Assembly: GCF_009914755.1 (NCBI RefSeq)
Contig: NC_060927.1
From: the human T2T-CHM13v2.0 reference genome, Homo sapiens
DNA: 64,000 nucleotides
Strand: one strand, 5' to 3'
Shown here: positions 15,842-30,919 of the stretch, piece after piece
Numbering within the stretch: position 1 is the stretch's first letter
How the letters are laid out: the number at the start of each line of letters is the position of its first letter
Notes under the pieces: model-generated
Told to the model about the DNA's origin: nothing
The model's input: the letters and a program-made list of their open reading frames with translations, nothing else
Database searches by the model: none
Position numbers and translations under genes: made by a program

Positions 15842-15909
15842 GAAGGGGCAGGCCAACCTGATTAACCTAGGGGAAGTAGCTTAACTTAATCAGGTTGGCC
15901 TGCCCCTTC
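15842..15909. repeat. Perfect inverted repeat, 24-bp arms with a 20-bp spacer
   Basis: gaaggggcaggccaacctgattaa (15842-15865) is the exact reverse complement of ttaatcaggttggcctgccccttc (15886-15909). Confidence 0.95.
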
Positions 15910-16067
15910 CTTCAGGAGCTTTTCTGGAAGCTCCACCCAACTACCTTCTCTTGCATCTCAGCAGCAACAGAATTTATGAAATGTACTCTTTTACAAAGGC
16001 ACATTGCTTCCTGGAATATTAATAGGTTCTACCCTAAGATATCACTTTTTGCATCCACTATGACGAC

Positions 16068-16745
16068 CTAAGACAAAAAGAGAGACAGTAACAAGTGTTG
16101 ACAAGGATGCAGAGAAATTGGAATCCCCACATGTTGCTGTTGGGATTGTAAAATGGGGCAGCCACTTTGGAAAATAGTTTGGCAGTTCCTCAGAATGTTA
16201 AATATTGAGTGACCATATGACCTAGGAGTCCCTCTCATGGAGAGAACTGAAAACACATGTTCACCCCAAAACTCATACACAAATGTTCATAGCAGCATTA
16301 TTCATAATAACCAAAAAGTTGAACCAATCCAAATATCCACCAACTGATGAATGTATAAACAAAAGGTTGTATATCCATGCAATAGAATACCATTCACCAT
16401 AAAAAGAAATGAAGTACTGATTCATACTACAACATGGATTTATATTGAATACATTATTCTAAGTGAAAGAACAAATGAGAGACCACATGTTTATTATTCC
16501 ATTTATATATAATATGTAGAGGTAGAAATTAGATTAGGGCTTAGCAAAAGCTTGGGGAAGGGGGAAATGGGGAATGACTGCTAATGGGTAGAGGTTTCTT
16601 CTTTGCACATGATGAAAATGTTCTAAAATTAATTGTGCCAATGGTTACCTAACTCTGTGAATATACTAAAAAACACTGAATTGTACTCTTTAAAACGGTG
16701 AATTTTGTGGCATATGAATTACATCTTGATAAAGCTATTCTAAAA
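16068..16745 (+). mobile_element. L1 3' end (old L1MB-like)
   Basis: ORF2 tail and 3'UTR motifs: acaagtgttgacaaggatgcagagaaattggaatcc, aatgttcatagcagcattattcataata, gatgaaaatgttctaaaatt, ctctgtgaatatactaaaa. Confidence 0.85.
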
Positions 16746-19693
16746 GTGCAAAAATGGTAGTAGGGTTCTGTTAATAAGGAAGAAGGGGTTGATGGCTATT
16801 AGATACACAAGTGTCATTCTCCATTTGTCTAGATACATTCATAAGCTATTTTTGTTTTCAAAATTATTTGTATTAAAGTAGGGTTTATTTTCCTGTTCAT
16901 GCTAAAGGCTGCATGTTTAAAGATTACTGAATTAAATTGCATTCAGACTCTTTTTGGCTGCAAGTTTCTGAAGCCCAATTCAAAGTGAATAGGAATTTTT
17001 AAAATGGAAAGAATAGGCCACATCATTAAAAAGTCCAGGAAGTAAAGTGACTTCAGGCATGGCTGCATCCAGGTGCTCACATGAACACATTAAGAATCTG
17101 CTCTGCTTTCCCTTGGGTTAGCTTCCTTCTCAGGCACTCTCCCCACATGGTTATACACCTTCTGCAGTCCATATTTGCATCTCACTACCTTATCATCCCT
17201 AGCACAAAGAGCACTGTTTTCCTAATAGTTCCAATAAGTGTTCAAGGCATGACTCCTGACCTGCCTTAGGTTATCTGCCAACTCCTGAGCCAGGGAGTGG
17301 AAACATTCTCACCCAGACCACAGGAAATGAAGGTAAGGGAATGAGGGGTTTCCCACAAAGAGATGCCAGAAAGACAAAAAAAGTATGTCCACTATAGTCT
17401 TATTACAAGAGTCATCAGTAGTCATCACCCTCTTCCTTCAGCTAAATCACATGAAAGGTACAGTTTCTGAAGTGGAACTTAAAGTTTGAAAGTGTAAAAG
17501 ATATCTGTAATGTTGGTCAGTGTTGCATCCCCAGGACCAGGGATGTTGTTTGGCTCCTACCGGCCACTCAATAAACGTGTTGATTGGCTTTGTAATTTAC
17601 CCATATATTTCCTGGTCCTAACACACTTTTTGGTTCTTAAACCTCAGAGATACTTGGTTATTCCTAAGGTGAAAAAAATCAAGCCATGACATCTGAAGAG
17701 TATAACTTATGATTACATGAATTCCTCTGTCAAAAATAAGACAACTTAATCATCACAAATGCATGGGAAGTTATAAAATCATAAAAATACATATATATAC
17801 ATACAGGCATACCTATATGTACACATACATAGAAATACACACAAGCACTAATTTCATTAATAACTAATTTGGAAAAGCTGCTTTTCCAATATTTAAGTAT
17901 CAATTTACAGTATGTTCCTTAACATAAACAAGCTCTTTAAAGTCCTTGCAGCTCAAGCCTGTGATCTAGGAACTCATTAATTTTAATTTTTCTCCTGGCA
18001 CCTTCTACTGCACTCTCGTTTACTCGGTCTGTAAAATTATGATAATAATAATCCATGTTTAGGTAGCATACAGTAATAATTGTTAATTAACTAATTTTTA
18101 TATGTAGAACCCCCTGAAGATTTTACACAAGTGCTGAGTATTATTATTTTAGGGTGGTGGTACAGATTCAACTTTCTGTTTTCAAGTGAGACAGGTCACA
18201 CTCAAATATTGCATTCTCTTCAGGAATGGAATATTATAAACTGCTTCCATGGGCCATCCCATTGCTGACTGATTTGACATGTGAAACCCTGCAGTATGAT
18301 AGCACTTTCTCTTGATGTCTAGAGCCTCAAATACCCAGAACTGTGTTCAGTGTTTCATCCAAGGGGGCCTCTTTACAGTAAAATATAAACTGCTTTGGCA
18401 GGGACATCAGCCGACACAGACCTGAACACAGATGATGCAGTGTTGCAGCTCTCAAAACTAGTGACTTCCGGAGAGCCTCCTGCCCATAATACATAGCACA
18501 CAATGCTTTCATTTAAATGTCATTTGATTGTACTAAAAAATTAGGCTTGCCCTTTGTTTTGTTTTGTTTTTCTGTTGCTGTTTTTTTTTTTAATCATTTT
18601 TATGACAAAAGAATAACATCTTTTCTTCTGGGAGGGCTTCAGGCAGAACATTTTTCAGATGTCAGCCAACCAAGAGAAATGTGACATTCCTGTTCTTTGA
18701 AATCGTGTCCTGAGACTGTGGTTTTGGTACCCAGATCAAACTGGCACTTGGCAATGAAAAAGCCAGAACAAAATATTAACAAAACTGGTCCTACAGTGGT
18801 ATGGTGTTTCTAGGATAATCGTTTGTTATATTTTAACAAAGTTCACTTTAACCTTTCATTCTATTTTCATTGTTGTACAAGAACAGACACGTAACGTTTC
18901 ACAAAGCTGGCTATGAACTTCTACAGGGACAAAAAGTAATCGTGGAAAAAACTTCAGCAATGGTAATATTTTTCTATACAGGTAAAATGGAAAATGTGTC
19001 CAAATGCTGGCATACTCTCTGTAATTTTGGCAAACATCACACTCCATCTTGACAGAATATAAAGAGCCTTAGAAGTGGAATCCAGAAAGATGAAAGGACT
19101 TGAAGGACAGTGAGTCAGTTTGTCATTGGTGGGAATCTTCGTAGTAACTTATAATTTATCTGTGGGTTGTGTAAGCTTACAGATGAAGATAAAGCTGGAA
19201 TCAGAGAGCTCCTACTGATTTTCCCTCTATTCTAAGTTTCTGATGGTTCTTTAAACTAGAGGAAGTGTTTCTAACTTTTGTAATGTATGTTTTTTGTTTT
19301 TGTTTTTGTTTTTCCAGAAGGGTCATAACTGCCTAGCCATGATGGGGATTAACCAGTTTACAAATGGAATGGGGTAGGCAGGGATGAAGCGTGATGGTCT
19401 GAAAATTGCACACAATTCCAGAGACTAGCAAAGACTTATGAGTATCTTCTGGGCAGAGCCAAAAGATGCTCCACATTCCATACTTTAATTGGGAATGACG
19501 CATTTTTTTCTCCTTGCAGAATTCACCCCATGGATAGACTTCTTATCTTGGTTTTTTGGCATTTGATAAAAAAATCATTGAATTAAGCAAATAGTATATA
19601 TGGTTAAACCAACCCTGAGTCATTGAATAAGACGAGTCTGTTCATTAGAAAGAATTTCATCAAAGAAACAATATGTATGATTGTGCTCTGCAT

Positions 19694-19895
19694 CAGGGTT
19701 GGCAGGCTTTTTCTGCAAAGAGCCAGATAGTAAATACTCTCAGCTTTGCGGGCCATGTGGTCTCTGTCACAACTCTTCAGATCTGATGTTGTAGCACAAA
19801 AGCAGCCCATGGACAATATGTAAATGAATACATGTGGCTGTGCTCTAATAAAACTTTATTTTCAAAAGGGCTGGATTTGGTACATGCCTTAGTTT
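19694..19895. mobile_element. MER58A
   Basis: Runs cagggttggcaggctttttctgcaaagagccagatagtaaatactctcagctttgcgggccat...ctaataaaactttattt. Confidence 0.8.
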
Positions 19896-20040
19896 GTCTT
19901 AGTTTCCGCAACTATCTATGAATATGCTGCTTTTCTGGCAAGACAAAATGATTAGAACTTCAGACTACTGAGGCCATGGTAACAAAATAGACTAATATGG
20001 ACTTTATAATAAATAGATGCTCAATAAATGATTGTACAAT

Positions 20041-20261
<221 letters not shown>

Positions 20262-20618
20262 TTAAAGGAGACAGTAGTGCTGTATGAACTTGGGAGTGAG
20301 AAAAACCTACATTCAAATCCTGATTCTACTACCTATTGGCTGTACAACCTTTGCAAGTCACTCATTTCACTTGAGTTTCTGTAAAAGGGAGATATTATTA
20401 GTATCTGCTTCATAGAGTTGAGCTAGATTAAATGGAAACACAGGTAAAGTGCTTGGCATAGTGCAGGGCACACACTGAGCTGAATAACATTAAGACTAAA
20501 TGAATGGCTGTAAGGAGGATGGGATTGCCTATGCTTCCTGAAGCCATCACCCACAAACCAGGCCCAGGCCCAGATGCTCTGCCCTGGAGCCATGGAACTC
20601 AAAGATACCAGGGATCTA

Positions 20619-21905
<1,287 letters not shown>

Positions 21906-23435
21906 GTTATGGGCTATAGATATGGAGGGAGAAATGGAGTAATATTAAGAAGCAGTTTTCTGGCAAATTTTGCCATAAAGGAATTAGAGGACAAAAGATA
22001 AGAAAAGACCATATCAGAGTTACATGTGAATCATCTGTCTCTTGTAGTTATTTATTATTCTGTTTATTAGCCAGTTAATCACTATAACGATTTTGACAGC
22101 ACGTGAAACAAATGAAGATGCAAAGAACGCGAAGTCTTCTCTCTTTAGAAAAAGAAATGGTGCCAATAGTCTTTCAGGCAATTCCTCGAAAGTGAATAAC
22201 TAGACGTCATTGTCTTTCAAAGCTAAATGTGTCCACCATGCTAACTAAAAAACGAAAGGAACTTTGCAGGAACCCTATAACTGAGATTGCCAGTTAAGAT
22301 GCCCTCATTACTAAAAATGTGTTTTTAACAAATGAGGAAAACATTTGTTCATCCTTTGTTTACAGGGACCAACTGGAGGCAGCAATTGGAGAGCTATTTG
22401 TTTGAGGAAGTCATAAGTTCATGTCTTATTCACCTCTGTGTCCCCAAGATTGAGCATGGTCCTTGGCATAGAGTAGATGTTCAATAAGTGCCCATGGCAT
22501 TGTTGACTGAAAGAAGAGAAGGTGCCATGGCTTTCTCAGACTTCCAAGGGCACAGACACACAGGTCTGGAGCATTCTGCTATTCAAAGCCCTTTCACAGT
22601 GCTGAGGGGCATATTGGAGACAGAAAGTGATTGCATCATATTATATGCTTGGCATAATTACACCATAGGCTTTTGTCTCCCTTGGTGCCTGCCAGTCTCA
22701 AAACACATGTCACATCCTCCCTTTGCTTATGTCAAGCACTGGGGTTGCCCACTCATTACATTTGGGACTTGTGAACTCTATGTCTATATCCTGAGTCACT
22801 TAAGCCTGGAGTTCCATGCTTGGGAGAATCAGGATGGCTTTTGTCCAAAGAAGATGACAAATAATGGGCATTTGAGTCCAGAAGGAAAAGACAAAAGTAG
22901 CAGACAAGGACCAGCTGAGGCTGAATCAGATCCCCAATGTGGACCGTGCTGATAGAGATCATTTCCTAGTTTTCTCTTAGCTTAAAAAAATTATGAATAA
23001 AGCTGCTTTTCCTTAAATCTCAAAGTGGGAGTTTAATCTGTAGGATGCTATAGACTCTCCCTTCTAAATCTCTCTCCCATCCATTTACTTCATTCCTTTG
23101 CCACCATCCTCATTCAAGCCACCATCTCTCTTTCCTGGAAAATGGATGCTTTTCAAAGTAGCCCCACCCCCCATCCCTGCATGACCCTTGCATTTTATTC
23201 AGCACACTGCTGCCAGAAAGGTCTTTTTAAAATGGAAAAATGGTCCAGAACCACCCCCTGCTTAAAGCTGTTTAATAGGTTCCCATTTCTCTTAAGAGAA
23301 AAATTGTCATCCTGCATTTCACTTCTAAGACTGGGCATGATCTCACTCTGCCTGTTTTGCCAGCCTCATTCTGAGTTCCTTCTACTTCTGCATCCAGCAA
23401 TTAAAGACACTGCCAATTGTCCCCCAATAGCCATT

Positions 23436-23440
<5 letters not shown>

Positions 23441-23480
<40 letters not shown>
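23441..23480. repeat. (GT)20 microsatellite
   Basis: Uninterrupted gtgtgt run. Confidence 0.97.
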
Positions 23481-23483
<3 letters not shown>

Positions 23484-23695
23484 AAATAAAACAAGCTGAG
23501 TTTTCCCTAGGCCTGTGATGACCCATCCAAAAACTACACCACTTCCAGCCTTTCAGAGTTCTGACCAATAAGTCACAAGCAGAAGTGATGTAGAAAACTT
23601 CCATGTTGTTCCTTAAAAGGGAGGAGGCCTACCCTCTGCTCCAACTCTTGTCCCTCCTACTGGCTAGCATGCAGACCAAGCACATTTGACAAGGC

Positions 23696-23917
23696 AGGGG
23701 TCCAAACGATAGCCCACAGGCCAAACTCATCCCACTACCTGTTTATGTAAATAAAATCTTACTGGAATACAGCCATGTCCATTCCCTTAGGCATAGTCTG
23801 TGGTTACTTTCACAGTACAAGGTTAGAGTTGAGAAGTTGCAAAAGAGACCATCTGAACTACAAAGCCAAATATTTCCAATCTGCTCCTTTACAGAAAAAT
23901 TTTCCAACCCCTATCCT
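23696..23917. mobile_element. MER58A-like
   Basis: Runs caggggtccaaacgatagcccacaggccaaa...gtaaataaaatcttactggaatacagccatg...tttacagaaaaatttt. Confidence 0.75.
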
Positions 23918-24062
23918 AGGAGATGCAGACCAATATGATAGAAGGAGCCTTGGTTTACGGCAGTTTAGAGCTGGCCATATTAGTCAAAACAGCCCTTTTG
24001 GGATGTTAAATCTAAAAAGTAAATCTATCTTGTTTAAGCCTCTGCATGTGGGCTTCTGTTGA

Positions 24063-24279
24063 AGAGTTCCTCAACCTCAGCATTATTGACATTGTGGATC
24101 TGATAATTCCTTGTTTTAGGGATCTGTGCTGTGCATTGTGCGATGATAAGCAGCGTGCTTGGCATCTACCCATTAGATGCCAACAGAATTCATCTTCTAG
24201 TTGTGACAACTAAAAAATGTCTCCAGACATTGCCAAGTGTACCTTGGGGAGCAAGGTCACCCCTGGTTGAGAATTACTG
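24063..24279. mobile_element. MER20
   Basis: Runs ctcaacctcagcattattgacatt...agttgtgacaactaaaaaatgtctccagacattgccaagtg...ggttgagaattactg. Confidence 0.85.
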
Positions 24280-26259
24280 TGTTAGAACAACCTAAACAGC
24301 TATGCCGGGCTTCTCACTCTCCTCAAGCATGCCAGGACCTCCCCCAATCACTCGGGACTCACACGTGCTGTCTCCTTTGCAGAAATGCTCATACCCCCTT
24401 CTCCCTTAGCTATCTCCTACTTAACTTTCACATGTCACCTTCAACATCACCTTTTCAGGGAACCTCCAGTGATCCTCTGACTAAATGAACACTCTAACAG
24501 TTGCCTCTAATGTTCCTATGTAGCAATATTGTGATTACTGGTATAATGTTCACCACTCATAGGCACACATGAAGTCCCTCAGTAAATGGTTGTTGACTGG
24601 CTTACTATGTGCCATTGTAATTTTCAGGGGAAAGCAATTTTTAGGGGAAACCACAATTACTTTTGCACTAAGCCAACAGTTATGGTAGAGGAGGCAAACA
24701 TGGGTCTTACCATGGTACTGACTGAGGGGAGAGGCATTCATATTTCTCATTAGAAAATGAGGGAGAAGCAGCCAGGGAGAAATAGAGTCTCTTATGTCCC
24801 AGAATTCCCATAAGCCAAGGGACCTGCCTTCCCTTAGCAGGCCAGAACATCTGCAAAAGTTGGTGCATTTCTGTATTTCAGAGCAACATATGGATTTATA
24901 CTTTGCCTTTGGTTTTGAAATCATTTGCTTTTTAGCCCTGCACTTTTCAAGCTAAGCTATATGTGATATGATTTATTAACCCTGTACTACCCTCTGCTAA
25001 GTAAAGTTGAAAATAATCCCTAGGATCACATTTTACATTCACATGCAGATAAATATGTGAACCCTACATTACCCAGTCCCTGCCATTCTCTGAGGCAAGA
25101 GGTGAAACATTCCGACAGGTCTGTGTGCTTCCTTAGCACAGGGCCATAAGGAGAGACGTGTGTGGTCTACTTAATACCTTTAACTTACTTTCTTTTTCTC
25201 TTCAGTCAATTAGATTTTGTCTTCTCTCTCAACCCCTCTTGTCAGACTTCTGAGCCTGCAAAGCAAAAACCTCTTTCTTTGTCAAGATCCTGAGAATTCT
25301 GTAAGTGAACCTGGATACTGTAATAAAGGGACCCTCTTTTTCCTCCCTTTCTGGGACATACACTAGTTGTATGTGTGTGCACATGTGTGTGCTAATGGTT
25401 GCAAGAGATATTTTACCAACATACCAAAAGCATGTATTTTGGAGTCAGATCTGGTTTTGAGACTTATTTCTACCAGTTATTACAATGCTAGGAATACTGT
25501 AAGAAATTACATGATCTCTCTGAGCCTTAGTTTACTTACCTTTTAAATGGGGCTAACAATACTTACTTCAAGGTAACATTGTGTGAACTGAATTACACAG
25601 CACCTTGCACATAGTAAGCATTTTATGAATATTAGTTATTTCTATGATCCATTCACTCTGTCCTCCTAGGACCCCTGGGGCCGGTTACAGACATTCCTGA
25701 GATAACCAGCTGGGGGATGGGACAGACAGTGAATGTCCTCTGCTAACCAGACCATATGGGACTTCACGACTTTACCTTGACCCATCCATTTGAGGTAGCC
25801 TCTGGCAGATATTTCAAGAGACAGAATATCTTTATCATCCTAATTCTAGGAGTACATAAGGCAAGCAGTACCTGTGTACTGAAACTAGCCCTTCCACGGA
25901 GCTTCACTGTTTGCATGTGTGCAAACCTGGGCCCATGCGTGCAAGCTCATGCTTGCTTCTCAGAACCTTGGTATGCTACTCAAGAAATCTTTATCTTGTG
26001 ACTTTTCTGTGAAAATCACTGTGCTATGCTCTGTCAATTTTGCAGAGAACCTGCAGACATTTGCCCAGCTTCAGAGCCTTCCTTTCTCCTCCCCTACTTG
26101 GCTAGAATTGTTTTTTGGTCATGGATGGAAGGTGTGCATAACAGCTGAAAGAAGCCTTGGAATAAGAAGACGGCATAGACAGATTGTGAAGCCACATCAG
26201 AGTGAGGGTGGGGCTGGGAAGACGGAAATAAGAGCAAACTGTCAAAGAATCCTAAGCTG

Positions 26260-26577
<318 letters not shown>

Positions 26578-27176
26578 CTAAATAAGCATCGAGGAATTTT
26601 GTCCTTAGTTGGGTAATAATGATAATAATAGCTGGAACTTGCTGTGCGCTTACTATATGCCCAAAATTTAGCGAAGATGCAAATTACATCATTTAGTCCT
26701 CAGAAAAACCCTAGTGTGGTAGATACTGTTACTCTCATTTGAAAGATGAGAAAGGTGAGGCCCATATTTACCCAAAACTTTTGGGCAGACCTGCAAATAA
26801 CCAAGCAGAATTTCAGACTCCCATGTGTTGCCAGATCTTGAACTCAGCATGGCAGGCAGTGGGGTCCAAAGCGTTCCATGTAGTGAAAAGCCTGAAGATC
26901 TTTGTGGTTGAGGGTGCCAGGTACACTTCAAATCCATTTTCCCATCTATGACATGATGATATTGCTGTGAAATGGCTTCCCAGCTAGGAACAACATTTGT
27001 TTGACACTTTTTGCATTGTGGTATACCATAAAACTCACACTCACTAATGGAGTGTGACTGGAAGTGATGGGTGCCACTTCAGGACCAACATATTTATGAA
27101 GGAGGCATACCTTCTCCGTGTTCTTTTTCCCCTTCCACTAGCTGAATTCACAGGACAAGAAACACGTAAAGGATGA

Positions 27177-27692
27177 ACCAGGCACTGTAGCTCATGCCTA
27201 TAATCCCAGCAGTTTGGGAGGTTGAAGCAGAAGTTTGCTGGAGGCCGGGATTTCAAGACCAGCTTGAGCAACATAGCAAGACCCCGTCTCTACCAAAAAA
27301 AAAAACCAAACAATTTTTTTAAACAACTAGCCAGGCATGGTGGTGCATGCCTATGGTCCCAGGTACTTGGGAAGCTGATGTGAGAGGATCCCTTAAGCAT
27401 AGGAAGTCGCAGCACTGCATTCTAGCCTGGGCAACAGAGCAAGACCCAGTCTCAAAAACCAATAAAACCCCCAAAAATCCCAATAACAATGTATGTAAAC
27501 CAGTATGCATCTTAAAATTAACATGCACTTCTCTACAAAAAAATTTTTAAAATTAGCTGGGGTGGAGTGCGCTTATAGGTCTTGCTACTCAGAAAACAGG
27601 CAGGAGGATCCCTTGAGCCCAGGAGATCAAGGTTATTATTGTGCCACTGCATTCCAGCCTGGGCAACAGGCTCTAAAAAGAAAAAAAAAAAA
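27177..27692 (+). mobile_element. Degenerate AluJ (27177-~27460) plus an extra Alu right-arm fragment (~27530-27692)
   Basis: Alu motifs gctcatgcctataatcccagc, agcctgggcaacagagcaagacc and ggaggatcccttgagcccaggag; A tails. Confidence 0.8.
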
Positions 27693-28473
27693 GGATGACT
27701 GAACTTGGGGATGGAGGGAACCTTGGTCTCTGATTAACTGCACTGCATGGAGGAGAGTGAGGCTGGTTAACAACATCCCTCAGGACACTTCCATGAGTAA
27801 GAAATAAACTTTTATTGTGATTACGCCATCAAAATTTTTAGGTCTTATTGACTACAGTAGTTCAGACTACCCTAACTAATACAACTTCTTTCTTTGCCTT
27901 AAATTTTCCCTTTTCTCATCTAACTAGCAAAAAAGAAGTACCCAGACAGCAGGAGAAAATGGAAAATGAATCCAGTGGTTTCATGAAACAAGCTTCTCCA
28001 TGATCCTGAGACAACATTAACTCAAAGATGACTGGTTAGACATGGCTATTATTTCAAACTGTTTATGCTTGTCCTTGTCTTCAAATAAAGCAAAACAGCT
28101 ATTTGGCAGGGAAAATGTGAAAACGACATCAGACAATGCTCGTTTTCAAGCTGAAAAGTGTTCTGACTATTCAATTATTTCAGACTAATAACAGGAGAAT
28201 GCTGTTTATTGTTATTTTTTTAAATTGGTGACTTTTTTTTTTTTTTTTTTTTGCCTAGACTTGATTCTCTCCTCCTTTTCCTCAGTCACATGTTATTTAG
28301 TTGAGTATCTGGCCTCTGGGCCAGCTTGACTTTTATGAATTTTCCAGGTGGTTTGAAGTCTGGAGAAACTAAGTGACATCTGCAAGGTTACCAGTGAGCT
28401 GTCGAGTCTGTGGGTTCTTCGCCTTCAGCTTGAGGCTTCCTTCCACCAAGCCTCCCTGTCCCCATGGCCACAA

Positions 28474-28537
28474 GCAAAACAAAACAAAACAACAACAAAA
28501 CAAAACAAAACAAAAACAAACAAACAAACAAACAAAA
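28474..28537. repeat. (CAAAA)n/(CAAA)n simple repeat
   Basis: caaaacaaaacaaaacaacaacaaaacaaaac...caaacaaacaaa. Confidence 0.9.
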
Positions 28538-30392
28538 CCCACATAGAACTGAGGTAGTTTTCTTGGAAAACGAGCATAAGAACCTCTTTTAGCCTTAAAA
28601 TTAATTTACCTGTGGACCATTCCTAAACCACTGCATTTTAAAAGTTTGAGAATTCATATTTGATACGCCAAATCCTGAAAGCATAATGACAAAGAACTAC
28701 CTTACTACCTTTACTGAAGTTGGTGCCTATTGTGTATTCCCAGATAATTGGAAACAAAACCTCTGTTTTCTGCTCTACATTTTGCACTGGGGTAGAGAGA
28801 GGAAAAGTGCATAGAATTAAGGTATAGACAGGGCACCCAGTTACAGCCCCCTGTGGTTCTGGCTTTATGCTTTTATATGATGAACAAAGAGTATAGCTCA
28901 TACATACACCTAATTACTCTGTGTGCTACTTGCAGGCTGCAGTCTGGGCCTGGGTTTGATTTAGTATTTTTGAATGAAGCATATAAAGTACCACTAAGAC
29001 TTATTACCACAATTGTGCTTTCCAAGCTATCGCTTCACAGAAATGTTGGGTCAGGCTCCATTTTAAAAAAACTACACATATTTCAGCTAACTCAACACTA
29101 TTTCTTGCAAAGCTTAAAAATGGGTCTGTAAGCTTTGTGTATTAAACTTGTTATCACACTCACTGTCAAAGTTTCCTTATTAGAGTCCAGGCCCTAGAAC
29201 CTGACAGAATTGTCCGCCATTGGCCTTGGGGCAAGAAGAGATACAGAGGTGGCTCTTAGATATCAATCACACCACAGTGTCACTCTGGTTTAGAATCCTG
29301 AGATTGGCCACTTCCATAAGCAGCTGCTCTCATTTCTTCTGCCTTCCCCTATATCTGTCCACTTGTATTCTTACTTTTTAGGGGACAGGAAGTTAACCTC
29401 TTTATTTTGACTTTGTAATTTTGGGATCATCCTACAACAGTCCCAGTCCCATCCCCACTCACAGCTGTCTCCAGTGTTTGACACACAATTACCACCCACC
29501 AAAGGTAAGACAACTTTTATGTTGATTGTCTGATGGGAAAAATGGAAATTTCAGATGCCTAAATGTAGTCAGAGAGACTACATTTCAGAGAGAGAGAGAA
29601 GTGTTCTGTATGCATGGCTGTTGCTTTTCCTTGCCTAGTGTTGATATACTCTTCTTCTGGAAATGATACCCTGATTTTTTTTTCTTTGAGGCATCATGCA
29701 TCCCTTGTTTTCAGGTCAAGTCATTCATTGTCCACATCTCTTGGATCTGGGGATGGGCATGGGACCCAGGCCTGGCCAATCAGTATGTTCTGGGTGCTGT
29801 GATCAGTATAAGGCTGGATACATGATCTGTGATAGTACTATCAGAAGAAATCCATGAATTTTTCTGGAGTTATTGGAAGGAAGAAGCTCTCTTTAATGCT
29901 GCATTTGTTAATAGAAGACTATAAGTCTGCCCTGTTGGGTACCATGTAGAGAGAGCTAGCCTGGAATGAAGCCAACATAGAGGAAAAGAGAGCCAAGAAA
30001 TGATGAGTGACTAAGTCCTGGTGACATATATGATCTCCTGAATCCATCTGTGCCTGAAGGCATATGGACTCTTGGTCTTATACTGTATGAAACAGTCATT
30101 CCTTTTTTTGGCTTAATATAACTTGAATGGAGTTTCTGTCACGAGTGACCAAAAGACTTGCTTAAAATAAAGCCTGTGTAACTCTATGCAATGGTTTTCA
30201 ACATGTGGGCCATGGTGAGACTTAGAACTGTTCAGGTTCACTAGGTTCCTTTCTTTAGTTTCCCTATATTGCCGCATTCATTTATATGACTTTAAATACC
30301 TTTTGTGCTGTGATGACTCCAAAATTTGCATGTGCTTTCCAGATCTTTCCTCAATGCCTCAATCAAAATTATTTCCTGATGTGTTCACCAGG

Positions 30393-30919
30393 TATATTAG
30401 TCAGGATTCTCCAGAGAAACAGAACCAAGGGAGGTCTCTCTTTCTGTATATTGAAACATAGATGGGATTTGTTATGGGAATTGACTCATGCAATTACAGA
30501 GGCCAAGAAGTCCCAGGATACGCCATCTGCAACTGGAGATCCAGGGAAGTAAGTGGCATAACTGTTGGTCTGAGGCCAAAAGCCTGAATACTGGGGGCCA
30601 CTAGGGTATGTCCCAGAGTCTGAAGGCTTGAGAATCTGGGGCTCTGATGCCCAAGGGCAGGAGAAGACGATGTCTCAGGTCCAGAAGAAAGAGAAAATCT
30701 GTCCTTCCTCTGCCTTTGTGTTGTATCTGGGCCCTTGATGGATTGATTGGATGATGCTGGCCCACTTTGGTAAGGATGGATCTGTTTTACTTGGCCTACT
30801 GATTCAAATGCTCATCTCTTCCAGACATGCCCTCACAGACACATCCAGAAATAGTGTTTTACCAGCTATCTGGGCATCCCTTAGCCCAGTCAAGTTGGCA
30901 CCTAAAATTAACTATCACA
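30393..30919 (-). mobile_element. ERVL solo LTR, MLT2B/C/D-like, inserted in an L2 remnant
   Basis: Runs tattagtcaggattctccagagaaacagaacca...ggaattgactcatgcaatta...cccagtcaagttggcacctaaaattaactatcaca, the reverse of the MLT2 start tgtgatggttaa. Confidence 0.8.
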
